Shown: positions 1-14,114 of the stretch, one piece after another | Position numbering within the stretch: the first letter of the stretch is position 1 | Layout of the letters: each line of letters starts with the position of its first letter | Source: the human T2T-CHM13v2.0 reference genome, Homo sapiens | DNA length: 64,000 bases | Assembly (NCBI RefSeq): GCF_009914755.1 | Contig: NC_060930.1 | Strand: one strand, 5' to 3' | Notes under the pieces: generated by a model | The model's input: only the letters and a program-made list of their open reading frames with translations | Told to the model about the DNA's origin: nothing | The model's database searches: none | Made by a program: the position numbers and the translations under genes

Positions 1-639
1 AAGTTTGCCATGAACTGTGTTTGGAACATTTAAGTTGTTATCTGAAGTGTTTAATTTCAATGCTGTATTTCAGGAACCAGTGAAAATAAATCAACAAATC
101 TTATGCATTATTTTTCAATATACACACAAAAAATCATTGTCTAATGTGACTAACATATTAATGAGATCAGACATCTTATTTGTGTTTAAGTCATTCTAAA
201 CATTTTCTTTTTAATATTCTGTGGGATTTTAAAGATATTTCAGGGAATTTTGCCTCACATCCTTTATTTTAATTTTAATTACTTTTTTTTTACCATGTCT
301 ACCTCCATTTTTTCTTATACTCCATTTTCTTATTGCTCCATTTTTTTGCGTGTATAAAATATTATTTGATTCAATAAGAATGATATGACACTTATACAAG
401 AATGTGTCTGTCAACTGGAAACAAAACTTACCCAATGTAGTTATCATTTTACTTTTCACAGAACAGTTTGGACCTTTAACACTCCCACAAAGCAATAAGT
501 AGATCTATGTGTTGTTTTAGAAATATTTTATTTCTGCTGATTTTTCTTACTCTTTTCCAGGCATATGCAGCAAACGAATAAGTCTATCTAGCTTTCTGGA
601 TTCTGAGAATTGTCACCTTTCAGGCCAGTTTCCAATTGT

Positions 640-1000
640 TCATTCACTTCACTAAGAGCTATGTTTAAGTGCCTGTGTGTGTGCCAGGGACCATACTAGG
701 CACTAGGCTATGGCAGTGAAGCAGATAAAGCCATCTGGGTCCTCGAGAGATCACAAGTCAGGAAAGAAGACAAAGAGAACCTATAATCATACATGTGGCG
801 AGGGCTACAAGAGGAGAAGGACTGAGTGTTGTCTGAACCAATAACAGAAGACTTAATGAGCTTGAAAGATTGAAGGATCAGCAGTATCTTCTCTGAAGAG
901 GTGACATTTGTATGAAGAAATAAAGGAATCAGCCAGATGTCAATGGCAGGGGAGGGACATTCAGGCTTTGCAGGCAACAGGAGTCACTTTTGTGAGGAAC
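640..1000 (-). mobile_element. L2 LINE 3' fragment (old, degraded)
   Basis: cattcacttc...tttaagtgcctgtgtgtgtgccagggaccatactaggcactagg...gcagtgaagcaga resembles the reverse complement of the L2 3' end; boundaries approximate. Confidence 0.6.
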
Positions 1001-1214
1001 AGAAGGTAACATAAGAGGCTGACTCCTTTCCTTGCCCCATGTTCATGGCAAGGATTCTGAACATACTTTATGGAAGTTTATTTTTCCAATGTATAAAATG
1101 AAACTTTTAGAAAAAAAAGCTTTTACTACCATATTTCCCTCTTCTCATACATTGGTTATTTTTCAAGTCTTGACAAAGATAAGATGGAGATGAAGCCAGA
1201 AGACAATTGTGTGC

Positions 1215-1254
1215 TATTAGCAAGGAGGTATTAGCAAGGAGCTATTTCAAGGAA
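1215..1254. repeat. Short tandem duplication, 14-bp unit TATTAGCAAGGAG(G/C), two copies plus a degenerate third
   Basis: tattagcaaggagg tattagcaaggagc tatttcaaggaa read directly. Confidence 0.85.
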
Positions 1255-1314
1255 TCATTATTTTTCCTCACCACAGACATTGTGATAAGTTCTTCTTTTA
1301 ATTTATAGTTGTTG

Positions 1315-1445
1315 TAACTCTATGAGATAGCTATTATTTCTATTTTTGCAATGGAGTAAACCGAGGATGGGGGAGGGTAAGTTACTCACTCTGGGTGAAT
1401 AGAGCTAGAATTTGAAACCAGCTGTCTTTGACTCAAAAGTATAAT
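1315..1445 (-). mobile_element. MIR SINE fragment
   Basis: ctctatgagatagctattatttctatttttgcaatggagtaaaccgagg...gctagaatttgaaaccagctgtctttgactcaaaa resembles the antisense MIR core. Confidence 0.65.
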
Positions 1446-2044
1446 GCCTCTACAAAGTAGCAAAGGCACAGAGGGGGCTTATCAAGAGCATAATTAGGAA
1501 CAGTGATCATCCAATTTACGTGAAGTTAAGGAAAGTACACAGGAGATGAGGCTGGAAGGTGCAATGTGATTAGGAAAGTATACAAACAGGTATAAGGGAA
1601 ATTCTTGGCTTTCTACTCAGAGCCTAGCTCATTTCCAAATAGGTGTCTTCTCATCATCACCAACCCATGCAAGGAAACCTGACCATCCCCAGCTCAAGGG
1701 GCCTTATATTTCTACAGATAATTTAAATTCCCTCAACCGCAATTGATCAACAATATATGGCAAAGTCAATCACCTTTCATCACTCCCCAGCTCACTGGAG
1801 TTGTTTTAGGAATGCACAAACAACCAAAATGAAAGGGGAAGTATAAGAGGTTCTCTAAGAAAAAGTTCCATTGATTTTCTTTTTTAAATTTCCTGGAAGA
1901 GATGTGAGACCCAGAACTGCAGCAGTCATTTCACCACAATCCTGAAGTGGAAGCCAATCGAGGTGAGAACTCTTAAGTTTTAAAGGAGAACATGAAGAAA
2001 ATATCAAAAGATGCTTAAGATCTTTGCTCCTGGAATCACCTGGT

Positions 2045-2242
2045 GACTTCCCATCCTGGCTTTGCCATATACCAGCCGGATGACCATGGGCAAGGTATTT
2101 AACTTCTGTAAGCCACCATTCTATGATATGATCCATGTGGATATTGATAAAACCTCATATGGGTTTTGTGAGGATTAAATGAATATATATATAGAGAGAG
2201 AGCTTAGCATCTCACACTCAATAAATGATTGCTTCATTATTA
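2045..2242 (+). mobile_element. MIR SINE
   Basis: gaccatgggcaaggtatttaacttct...gttttgtgaggattaaatgaa...ctcaataaatg matches the MIR core and 3' end. Confidence 0.75.
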
Positions 2243-2449
2243 GAACTCAAGCCACAGTGAAATATTTATGTCTCTGATGAAACAGGAAAGTTAATGGCTG
2301 TGTTTGAGTTTAAGGATCTTAACAAACATTACCAAATATTTAATATGCTAAGGCATGTTTCAGTATAGATTTTCTGTATTTGGTTTAACCAATTACTTTC
2401 GTACTCAGAATCAGAGTCGGGAAATTTAGTATTTCAACAAATCTTTCAT

Positions 2450-3905
2450 AGTTAACAAAAGAGCAAAGGCAGTTCAATGGATAAGAGATAGTCATTTAAC
2501 AAACGGTTCTAGAACAATTGGACATTCCATATAAAACAATAATCTAGACACAGATTTCAGATATTCCACAGTTTACTGAAAATGGATCATAGATCCAAAT
2601 GCAAACTGCAAAACTTTAAAAATACCAAAAGATAACAGAAGAAATCTAGGTGACCATGGGTTTGGTGATGAGCTTTTAAATATAACACCAAAAGCAGAAT
2701 CCATGAAATAAAAAGCTGATACATTGACTTTATTAAAAATAAAAACTTCTTCCCTGCAAAAGACACTGTTAAGGAAATGAGAAGAAAAACACACATTGGG
2801 AGAAAATATTTGTAGAACACGTAATTGATAAAGAACTTGTGTTCAAAATATACAAAGAACCCTTACAACTCAGCAGTAAGAAAATAAACAGTCAAATTTT
2901 AAAAATGGGCCAAAGATCTCAACTAACACCTCACCAAAGAAGATATATATAGATAGCCTGGCAAATAAGTGTACTAAAAGGTGTTCAACATCATGTCTTC
3001 AGGGAATTGCAAATTAAAATAAGATACCACTGCACACCTATTTGAACGAGTAAAATCCCAAAAACACCACCACCAAATGATGGTGAAGTTGTGAAACAAC
3101 AGAAACTCTCATTTATTGCTGGCAGGAATGAAAAATGGTAGAGCCACCTTGGAAGACAGTTTGGCAGCTTTCTACAAAGCTTACATAGTCTTACTATACA
3201 ATCCAGCAGTTACGCTTCCAAGGATTTACTCAAGCTGAAAACTTATGTCCAAAAAAAAAAAAAAAGAACCTGCTCATAAATGTTTATAGTAGTTTTATGA
3301 GTAGTCTCCAAATACTGTAAGCATTTAAGATGTTCTTCAGTAGAAAAATAAATAAATAAACTGTGGTACATCCATACAATAAAATAGTCAGTGAAAAATG
3401 AAAAGGCCATGAGAAGACAGGGAGGAAACTTAAATACACATTACTAAATGAAATAAGCCAGTCAAAAAAGACTGCATACTATATGATTCCAACTGCCTGA
3501 TATTCTGGAAAAGCCAAAACTCTGGAATAATGAAAAGATCAGTGGTTGCCAGGAGGGAAACAGGAAGAGGGAAGTGGAGAGGAATGAGTAGGTGACATAC
3601 GATAGATTTTTAGGGTGATAAGCTGTTCTGTATGATACTGTAATAGTGGATGCATGTCTTTATGCATTTGTCAAAACTCATAGAACTGTAAAACACAGAG
3701 TAAACCTTACAATAAACTGTAGACTTCAGTTAATAATAATGTATTAATACTGGTTTACAAATTGTAACAAATACACTGCTCCAAAGCAAGATGTTAACTG
3801 TGGAAACTGTGTGCAGGAGAGGGGACGGAATATGGGAACTCTCTGTACTATAATCTAAATTTTTCTGTAAATCTAAATTTGTTCTTAAAAAAGGCAATTA
3901 ATTTT
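2450..3905 (+). mobile_element. Old L1 (L1MB/L1MC-type): 3' part of ORF2 plus 3' UTR
   Basis: aacaaaagagcaaaggcagttcaatgg..., aaaatggatcatagatccaaatg, ttggcagctttctacaaagc and the 3' UTR tatgggaactctctgtact...aatttttctgtaaatctaaa. Confidence 0.85.
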
Positions 3906-4263
3906 TAAAAATCAATAGCCATATTTAAGGATTTTAACAAATAGTATCATATATTTAATAGAAGAGTCCATGCCTCAGGGTGTATTTTCTATATTTGCTT
4001 CTTATTTACTGAGATCCAGAGTCAGTAAATTTATCATTTCTCCAGATTTGGAACAAGGAAGAGAATCAGTTGTGAAACTGATCATGGTATGTAAAATTAT
4101 TAAACTGCCTCAACTGAAACTGACATACAGCTCAAGTTTTATACTTCACAGCACCTATGATCCAAAAGAAAAAGGGGACTTTCCATGAAATCAGATTAAA
4201 TAAAGACTTCAGCCTTGGCCCTTTCCTCATTCTAAAGTTCTGCTATCAGCTTCATAAATCACC

Positions 4264-4343
4264 TAGGTCTAAAGGATGTAAAACAGTGAGCTTCTCTTGA
4301 TCGTCAGCTGGATCCAAGAACAAGGTACTCAATTTCATGTTCA
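4264..4343 (+). repeat. Copy 1 of a dispersed near-perfect direct duplication (copy 2 at 5518-5619)
   Basis: 4277-4343 equals 5553-5619 at 66/67 nt; both copies are preceded by TAGGTCTAAAGGA. Confidence 0.95.
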
Positions 4344-5380
4344 GAAATCCAAAGAGCCCGAGGAACACATTTTACAGACTTCTACCAGCAAAGGAAGCTT
4401 GCATATTTACTCTGCGATTTGGCAATTTGAGTTTATTTCTGTCACAGTAAGATGTTACAGGAGGAGGAGCAAACTACTAGTGGGTTCTCCTTTTGAATCT
4501 GGAATGAATTTACTGATGGTTCATCATCTTGGCCCTGAAAAATACTGTTGTAACAATGAAACTATATGTTTTTAAAGTATTTTTAATGGAAATAACATAG
4601 ATAACCATAAGAATATTTTTAAAAATTAATTTTCATTTTTCTTGCATACCTTTGCATTTACTTTTTATATTCCTAGTAGTGGCAGGAGTATTAATAAAGC
4701 AATGATGATTTTTGTCATTATTACTCATTATAGAATCGTTATAGAACCTGGGAGTAAGTCACTTCTTTAACATTTGGGCTGGGATATATAGGGTAGGCGA
4801 GTGCCCTTTTTAGCCACAGGCCACCTCAAATCATTGATGAGTAAGAAGAAAGGGTGGTAGATGTGGTGAGTAGAAAACATAGTGGACAGAAGACAGAAAA
4901 TAAAACATGGCAAGAAAAGGTCAAGGTCAAGTGGCAAAGGAGAAGCACAATTACTATTCTGAAATGTGAGTCAGGGTCATACTACTCTGCCCACCCTCCA
5001 TCTCTGCCAGAATGAGGACTGTCCATTCCCTGGTAATGTGGGTTCTTGGCCCTCTACCTGCATTGATAAATTCACTATACTTTGCAAAGACTATTTTTTT
5101 TAATCATGCCAAAATGCAATTCTAAATACGTAATCATAGATACCACTCCCCTCTCCTCAACAACAGGGTCTGGCATTTAAAGGATTTCCTGAACTCAAAG
5201 CTATGGCATCAAGCCATAAAACCCTCTGGGTTACTCTCAGCCTATTCTTGTTTGTTTGGCAACAAAATAAGGCAGAATCAAGAAGCTTAGGAAAACTTTT
5301 AAGGAGCTGCAGTCTGTGTGGGATGACCACTCACCACTCTCAATCCCTCCTCCCTGGCAACTTCTCATATTTTCTGTAAA

Positions 5381-5515
5381 GCAGTGATTTTTCAAAGTGA
5401 GGTTTCAGGCTACATAAATCAGAGTCAATTGTCTTGCCTAATAAATATACAGATTCCTGGGCTCTAACATCCTAGGCATGGTGTCTAGTTGCCGGCATTT
5501 TTGACAAGCATTTCA
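5381..5515. mobile_element. MER5-like (hAT-Charlie) DNA transposon fragment
   Basis: cagtgatttttcaaagtg...aaatatacagattcctgggctc...gcatttttgacaagc resembles the MER5A/B motifs. Confidence 0.55.
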
Positions 5516-5517
5516 AT

Positions 5518-5619
5518 TAGGTCTAAAGGAAGAACAGAGTTAGAGGCTAATATGTAAAACAGTGAGCTTCTCTTGATCGTCAGCTGGATCCAAAAACAAG
5601 GTACTCAATTTCATGTTCA
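5518..5619 (+). repeat. Copy 2 of the dispersed duplication, with 22 extra nt at 5531-5552
   Basis: Direct comparison with 4264-4343. Confidence 0.95.
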
Positions 5620-7059
5620 ATGTGAATTAAAGCTTTCTGTAAGTCCTCCTTCCACCCAACTACCTGCCCCAATTTTGCTCTTTGGTGACTGTCAACTGAG
5701 CTTTGCAAGGGTATTAAAAATAACCACCATATTCACAGATACTATTTAAAGAAGTAACTCCTCTCAAGGATGTTTGCATTTTTAAGGAGTCTCCAAGAAG
5801 TTATAATCTCTTTCTTGATGAGAAGAGAAAAGTGATAATATTAAAGGAAGCTACCTTGTCAATTTGTGTTATGCACAAATGCTCAAATAAGATAATAATC
5901 ACAACCAACATTAACAACATTATTGCTAATTCCTATCACAAACCATAAGAGAAGTAATATCTCCTTTTCACTCAAGAAATCACTGAGGGTTCTTGTGATA
6001 AAATGCTTTGTTCCAAGGCCATACATTTAGTAGATACCTAAGTCAGCCTCATATTAGGTTGTTTGGGCTACATAATTCTGGCTCTTTCTATTAGACTGTA
6101 ATTCATTCTGAAAAAAAAAAAATAATAATAGCTTTTCACAGACAAAATACACGTTAGACACCAGCCTTAGAGAGTTCTGGTGACATCCATTCGGCTAAAG
6201 TTGTTGGAACTCTCATTATTTTTATGGACGATTAAAGCATTTTACATGTTTCCAGACATTTCTTTAATAAGGTTTAGCACTACTGGGTTGAAAATATGCC
6301 ATTTTCATTACTGCCCTGAGATTCTCCCTGTGCCCAACTCTTTTTATTTCTGCTACTTTAGTTTCATTTCTATCACCTTTCAAAAAGCAGCGTGTCTCAA
6401 ATTATTTATATTTGAGGTTATTTACATTATTTTGAACTAACTCCTAAGAAAGGTTATAGATTTTTAGAGAAGTGTAGGAAGTGTGGGAATTTATTTGTGT
6501 AATTCTTGCTTGTTGACTGGGGAATGAATTCCCAGGGTTTATCAACCTGTTCTGTCAGTTTGACATTTAGTTTAAAGTATTTGCCACTCAGATTCTCAAG
6601 GTACACAATCTCCTTCCTATGTTCATCTCTTGGATATTTTTGGAGAGGATCTTCTAGGTGTGAATTCTAGATGCATTTTCCCAACTATTTTAGTTTTTTT
6701 TTAAATTTTTTTCTAGCAAGAACACAATTCTAAAAGTCAAACTTCCAACATGTGTTTTGGAAACTTAGGTAGCAATTTATTAAAACCAAACATTAGTTTT
6801 ACTCAAAGACATGACTCGAAGGCTTTGGAATTATTCTGAACTTGTAGGTACTCTCGAAGAAGCTACATGGAGAGAGGCCATCATTCATTTGCTCTGAATA
6901 AGAGAAATCAATGGTGAATATAAAGCACATATGATGATCTGCCTTGGTGCATTCATTGCATTTGATGATCCTGGGTGTACTTGTTTCGGAGGCATTGCTC
7001 TTTACTCTCTGTTCTTCTGTGTTATCAGAGGAAGAGCAGGTACCAAGGATTTTCCTTTC

Positions 7060-7510
7060 TATCAGCCACACTTTGGCTGTGTTTGGTCAATGGTAGACAC
7101 AGGCAGAAGCTTGTGGGAGGTGAGGGGTAAGGAGCGAAGAAACCCAGTATTTCTTTCTCTTCTTCTCTGCCAGCAGACTTTTAGACACTGGTTTTGTACT
7201 CTCTACAGGGCCAGCTCCTTCATATCTTTCATATCCAGCACCTTCATAATCTCCACATTGCCACTTCCAGCAGGACACGTCTGCTATGCTTCCGGCTTCC
7301 ACTCAGTAACCCCAGCCCCTATGCCAGGGAACACTACCTCCTTCCTTTATCTCTCCAGCCTCATACTAGGAGTGGTTTCCTGCTGTTTAAATATCTTAGA
7401 TTACTCTATTGTGTCTTATTTGCATTTTAAATTCCTCCATCACCTGTATAACCAATTCTCTAAGTGTAGGTACCGGAACTGGTTTGTATTTTTCTAGTTA
7501 AACTCTGACT
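7060..7510 (+). mobile_element. ERVL LTR33-like LTR relic
   Basis: tttggtcaatggtagacacaggcagaagc...gggaggtgaggggtaaggagcgaagaaacccagtatttct resembles the LTR33 signature. Confidence 0.5.
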
Positions 7511-8199
7511 TATATATCTCTATGCACATGTAATTTATCTTGGTGTTAATAATGTTTTTTATTTCAGTGCATTGTAATGGCAACATAGAGGAGTGTGGGG
7601 AAATTACAACAACTCTATTACCCAAATGTTGATCTATAATCAATTATTAAGTATGTGCCATTATGTGTGTTTTAATAGAAGAATGTATGTTTTGCTGAAA
7701 GAATTTTTTTTACTTGCCATGCTAATCCTTCAGCAACCCTTTCTATTTCTACTTAAGGGAAAGCTTTTGGAAGAAAATAACACGCCAATTTTGGGGTTAT
7801 TTTCTGCTCAAAATTTTATTTCAGGTACATTACAGATTATAATTTTTTAAATATATTTTAAATTTTAAGCCAGCAGAAATACAGACACCTATGAAATGTT
7901 TTCATGGCAGCATCAATTTAAAATTTAAACTAGTACATAAAACCTCTTCACCTACATTCAAAAAATTAATTACTAGTATATTTTGTGAATTTGTACACAG
8001 TACAAAAGAAGGTCAAATTTACTTTTACCACATGCAGTTTAAATGTTTAAAAAGGCTAACAAGAGACTCCCAAAGCTTGGTTGGACACTCCTCTCTTAGC
8101 CAGAAATACTACTAGTGGGGAAAGCCATTCCTAGCTCTGGTCCCAAATTGTTATCAAACAATGCTGGTTTTCTCCAAATCCTGCTTCTTAAAATTCGTG

Positions 8200-8580
8200 T
8201 TTACACAACTCAGCTGTATTTATAGCTTCCATTACAGACAGATGAAGCCATGTGTCTGAATTTTGACCCGTGGAATGTTGGAGAAAGTATGCCCCTTTTA
8301 GTCCTGACCCCTAGAAGCTTCCTGAAATAGTCTCCACTTGTGCTTTTCTTTCATTTTGCCCAAAGCAAAGAATATAATTGGAGAACCGGAGTTCTTAAAG
8401 ATGGCAAGCTACAAGCTAGAGCTAGGTTCCCAAATGACTGTGTGAAACAGAGTACAGCCCCTCTACTAGCCTCCAAAGGCTGATATGCATGAGATGCTAA
8501 TGTGTTGGAAAAATTTGCTTTTACTATGTTAAAACACTGAGATTTTAGGATTAGAGTAGCAAGTATTTACCTTCATTAGT
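8200..8580 (+). mobile_element. MLT1 (MaLR; MLT1J-like) LTR
   Basis: gccatgtgtctgaattttgacccgtggaatg..., ctaggttcccaaatgactgtgtgaaacagag, tatgttaaaacactgagattttaggatt are typical MLT1 motifs. Confidence 0.6.
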
Positions 8581-10189
8581 GCACAGATAAATTATGCACT
8601 GACAGAACAAAATTTCAGAGATATACTGCTAATATGAGATGTAAATTTCTCCTTTTGGATTCATTTTACTAATTCTTCCATCTTTTCCTCTCCTCTTCCT
8701 TCTCATAATTTCCCTGTGTTCATTTTAATATGGAAAAATAACCTCTGTTGAAATATAAATTTAGGAGGGAATGCTGCCAAAGGCTTATCTTATGGAGTGC
8801 CTTGAGAATTTCACTTGTATTTTATTTTTCATTGCTATAGCAAGAAACCTTTTTGTTAGGCTTTTGAGGGGTGAAACATCAACAGCAAATAACAGGGATT
8901 TGCCCCACCTGTTCTCCAAGCTGGACAAAGAACTCACTCTATATTTCTAGCAACTGGGTCTTTCTAAATAGGCCATCAATCTCTTCTAGAAAGGATAATC
9001 TGCTCCTTTGCAGGAGAAAAGGCATGAAGGATGTCTTTTAATGAGAACCTTAAACAAATATCAAGGGTTGGCAGGACCATGAGGACAAGGCAGGAAAAAG
9101 AACAAATAAATGGTTCAGGATATCTGATGACGTTCTAAGGTCAGAGTCATGCTGGAGTCCGTGAACCAAATGAAGCATGCAGGAGGGACTCCATGTTAAG
9201 TGCTTAGGACCAGTGCATGGAGTAGGGAACCTGTCTCATACTCATTCTCATGCTTCCCTGTTAGTTGACCAACCACTATTTAAGGACTCACCTCTGATGC
9301 CCCAAGACAACTGCACACCTAATGGAGTAGTGAAGGCACAAAATAACCAGTGTTTTGTGAGACTGATAAATCTGTGCCAGTGAGTCTTGAATCTAGATCA
9401 GATGGGAGTGGATGCTCCATTACTTAAAAATTGTATGCAGCTTTATGCTAGGCATGGACATGCTACATTCTTATTCATTTCCACCCTTCAATATTCTTAA
9501 CTGATATGGCTTTGTGTAGATTATCCCAAGTAAAATAGGGAACTCAGGGGCTTTAATAATGCAGCTGCCACTTGGATCAAAACTTTTATAGTTAGTATAA
9601 GTTTACCTCCTCTTCTGTGTGGCTTCTTAGATCATGCTGGCTTCAGAATGGCGTCCTCGGAGAGTAGAAAGAACAACATCTTCGGAGTAAAAAATCTCTC
9701 TATCTGGTCATTGGGAAATCAACATATCCTTCTTTGAATTTTTCTTCTTCTTTGGGCTACTTACATCATGGAGCTGTGACCCGGTTGAAGTGATCTATGT
9801 GAGTGCATCTAGCATGTTGCCTGGCACATGGCAGGAACTCGGGAAATCTAGAGATACTATGCAAGCATAGTTTCCACAAGTAAATGGACGTTTATATTTC
9901 TGTATCCAGGGAAACCCAAGGATAACATCTATTTTTCCTAATAAAGGTATAGCCATGCTATTTCCCTCATATCTGCTTGAGCATTTGACTTTCTTCTCTT
10001 CATAGTTCCTTTGGGCCTGAAAGCTCCAATAGTAGAAGGGGGATGCAGGACATAGGAAATAAAGGCAGTCATTTTCCTTGGTACGATGAACACCCCACAC
10101 TTCACACCTTGTCCCAGTACTAGCCCCAGAATGGCAAGGATTTAATTGACCAACTTCTGATCCAGGAACAGCCATTATCTCCTTGAATT

Positions 10190-10340
10190 TTTACAATCCC
10201 AAGGAAAAGGGATTCGAATCTTCATTTGAGAGATGAAGTCTCTGAGTATCAGAGCATAACGTTACTTGACCAACCTCATATAGCAAATCAGAACTTTATC
10301 TGGAATTTACAACAAGGACTTTGTTTATCATTTGACTTAC
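10190..10340 (-). mobile_element. MIR fragment
   Basis: catttgagagatgaagtctctgag...gttacttgaccaacctcatatagc resembles the antisense MIR core. Confidence 0.5.
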
Positions 10341-11042
10341 ATAGTTGATGTAATTTTCTCATTTTCCAAAATACTTTTCTGCTGTAGTAGCAAAGGCAAG
10401 CAGAGAGATGGATTTTCTTCCTCCTCCCACATCCCCACCTTGTTCTTTTTGTATCACTGACAGAAAACCAGAACATTATCTTTGTGACACTAGAAGACTT
10501 GCAACTCTCTGACACTGAAAGAAACTGAAGCCAGTGCCAGTTTTCCTTATCTTGGTTCAATAATTCCATCCTCAGAGCTATTCACTGCCACTGGCCATCG
10601 GAGCTCCTCTGCTTCTACAGAAGAATGACCTCTCATTGCACAGTTACCTTCATCCCAAAACACCAGAGTAATTTCCAGTTAGGATAGTGAATCGTGACCA
10701 AGATGTAAATACTAATATGTCAAATCTAAATAACAGCTTCACTGAAGATAAGCATTCTACCTATTTTTCAAAACTTTGGAGTTATTATTCAAAGACCACT
10801 ACAGTTTATGAACACTTCAGTCTGCCTTATAAGCTATTGGATGAAAAGACACAAAGATGTCAAAATCAAATTTTTTTGTCCCTGGGGACATAATACAAGA
10901 TAGGGTACACGTAGTGGTCAGAGGAGAGGAATGAACAGTAAGTAAGTATATGAGTAAGTAAGTAAGTACATGAGGTGATGGGAAAGTCTTCCTGAAAGAA
11001 GTGAAAACTGAGAAGTGATTGGGATTTGAAAATACAAGAAGG

Positions 11043-11398
<356 letters not shown>

Positions 11399-11704
11399 TT
11401 AAAAAAAGAATGATCTAGACCTGGAAGAAGAGGATAAACAAAAGCATAGATGAAAAATATGTGCAAGGAATGGTATAGACATTAAGAAAACAAATTTCAC
11501 CAGAGAATTAAATTGTGAAGAAAGAAAAAAAATAAGTTCATAAGTTACTTTCAGAAGCTTGTACCATGTGGAGTGTTATAGAACAGGACAGGACAATTGG
11601 ACTTTATCCAATTGACACTGGGGAGTTTCTAGGGGGTTGAAGTAAGAGGCCATGATGTAAGGGATGTTTAAAATAGATTAAAAGGTCAAACAAAGTTAAA
11701 TGAA

Positions 11705-11955
11705 AAGAGCAAATTCTAGTATTTGATACTACAATAGAACAATTATAGTTTATAATTTAATGTATGTTTCAAAATAGCTAGAAAATAAATATTGCAACGT
11801 TCTCAACCGAAAAAAAAGATAAATGCTTGAGGTGATAGATGCCCCAATTACCCTGAATTGATCATTGCACATTGTATACAGATATCAAAATACCACATAT
11901 ATCCAAAAAGATGTACAACTATAATATAATATATCAATGAAAAAAATATAAAAAT
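11705..11955 (+). mobile_element. L1MA-type 3' UTR fragment
   Basis: ttcaaaatagctagaa...gataaatgcttgaggtgatagatgccccaattaccctgaattgatcattgcacattgtatac. Confidence 0.8.
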
Positions 11956-12174
11956 AAGTGATCCCCACCCCTGGAAAAAAGTTCAAGGGGGGAGGTTATT
12001 CAGGGTAGAAAAACAATTGTTAGAAATAATTCAATTGTCCAATAAAAATCGTTGGATACCTGGAAAAAAAAAAGGAATGAAAGAGTAAAAACAACACATA
12101 TCAAAAAACAACATAGTTGGATCTAAAATAGTAGAAAGAAACATCACCTGGAATAAATGGCTGAAGGATTTTGC

Positions 12175-12262
12175 CAGTGGTTCTCAAACTTGAGTATGTG
12201 TCAGAATTTTCTGAAGAGTTTGTTAAAACACAGATTTCTGGGTTTGAACTCCAGAGTCTGTC
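12175..12262. mobile_element. MER5A fragment
   Basis: cagtggttctcaaacttgagt...tttgttaaaacacagatttctggg. Confidence 0.7.
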
Positions 12263-12266
12263 CTTA

Positions 12267-12601
<335 letters not shown>

Positions 12602-14114
12602 TTAAGAGTCCCTAGAAGGTGGGATTATGTACCTGATGCTCAACGTCGAGCACCATATTGTATACATTTCATTTCCCATGGTCAGAGTAGGTGGGCAGTA
12701 AAGGCAGGAGATATTGTATTCCTGCATATTAAATCTCACTTGTCATTTGAACATATAATACCATAAACATGTTTCTTTTCCCAAACACCAATAGCTGCAC
12801 CCAGGCTCTATTTCTGAGGCCAGAACAACAATTTAACAATCACATCACCCAGCAGTGATATGCTATGCATTTTCTGAAATTATCCAAAATGAGAACTCCT
12901 GGGATCCATAACTCAGCTCTCCCCTTCCCACATGTGCATGATTTCCTTCACCTCCTATTATGCTCTTTGGACCTGTAGTCACGCAAATGACATAAATGAA
13001 CAGCTGCATTCAGCCAACCAGATGGTCACATGTGGGAAGAGATGGGATGGAGACAATAGAAGTAATAGCCTATAAAGTAAGTTAGTGCTACTGAAATTCT
13101 ACTTTTTTTTCTATTAAAACCGAGTGGAAGGTTAATTATTTCCATCCGTATTCAGTTAACAGAGGGAATTAATCTCAAAGGCACAGTAAGAAATTTTCAG
13201 CAAAATTTCACAACTGCTTATCCCAAAATAGGAGAGGAGAGTGATTGAATGTTTGTTGGAAAGCATGATGGAAGCAATGAACAGGCTTATGTAAAACTCT
13301 GCTTGCTTGAGATATATAGCTAAATTGGTAGGTGGTTGGGGAAGAGAACAAGAAAGGAATCCATTCACTTTTTTGAATTAATATTGAACCCTGATGAAAC
13401 AAAGGATGGTCTTTTGCTTCCTAGGTGCTGTTCTTCTCTAAAATCCAAGCTATTTGAAATGACGATATAAACTTTTCTCAGTTCACAACAAAATGTATGT
13501 TTAACATGGGTCACATTTAAAGATGCTATGGACACTCATATTTTGTAGACATAGGAATATTTATAATCTTTCTAAATTTTTCATAATCATGTTTTTACCT
13601 TTCTCTTTCAAAAAGTCCTTTCTCGGAGCAGGTTATATGTATATAACAATCCTCATTCATAATAGCACATTTAGTCATATTTCTATATCTGTGGAGAGAG
13701 AGAAATGTGTTCTTATTGTGATGGGTACTACTGCTTTGCAATTTATAGATTTACTTGCCGAAGAACCATAAAGCTTATAAATGGCAATTAAAACTCCGGA
13801 TGAGGGTATTTTACCCATACCTTCATTAATATAAAAAACAATATTGTTCTATTGACTCTGTATTCTTTACAGAAGCCTCTAGGGCCCAGATCTTTTGTAA
13901 GTAGTTACATAAAATAAAAAGAATGTTATATTCCATTGTATATTAGTACTTAAAAAATAATGAGACACAGGACATAAACCCATTTTATTTTTTTTTGCAG
14001 TTCTATTAAAAAATAAACATTTGACTTCATTATTAGAAATCAAAAGAAAATATTTTCAGTAAAATTAACTGAATAATAAAACTGTGAAAAAATTTAAAAT
14101 ATGAAAAAAAGAGA

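Noticed and set aside
462-590. Two plus-strand acceptor-like sites (461 and 560) suggesting micro-exons encoding EQFGPLTLPQSNKHMQQTNKSI*
   Set aside because: The implied intron is only 62 nt with a weak donor (AA|GTAGAT), and I recognise no protein.
6931-7497. 188-aa ORF, the longest in the ORF track
   Set aside because: It lies largely in an LTR33-like relic, has no recognisable domain and no exon support.
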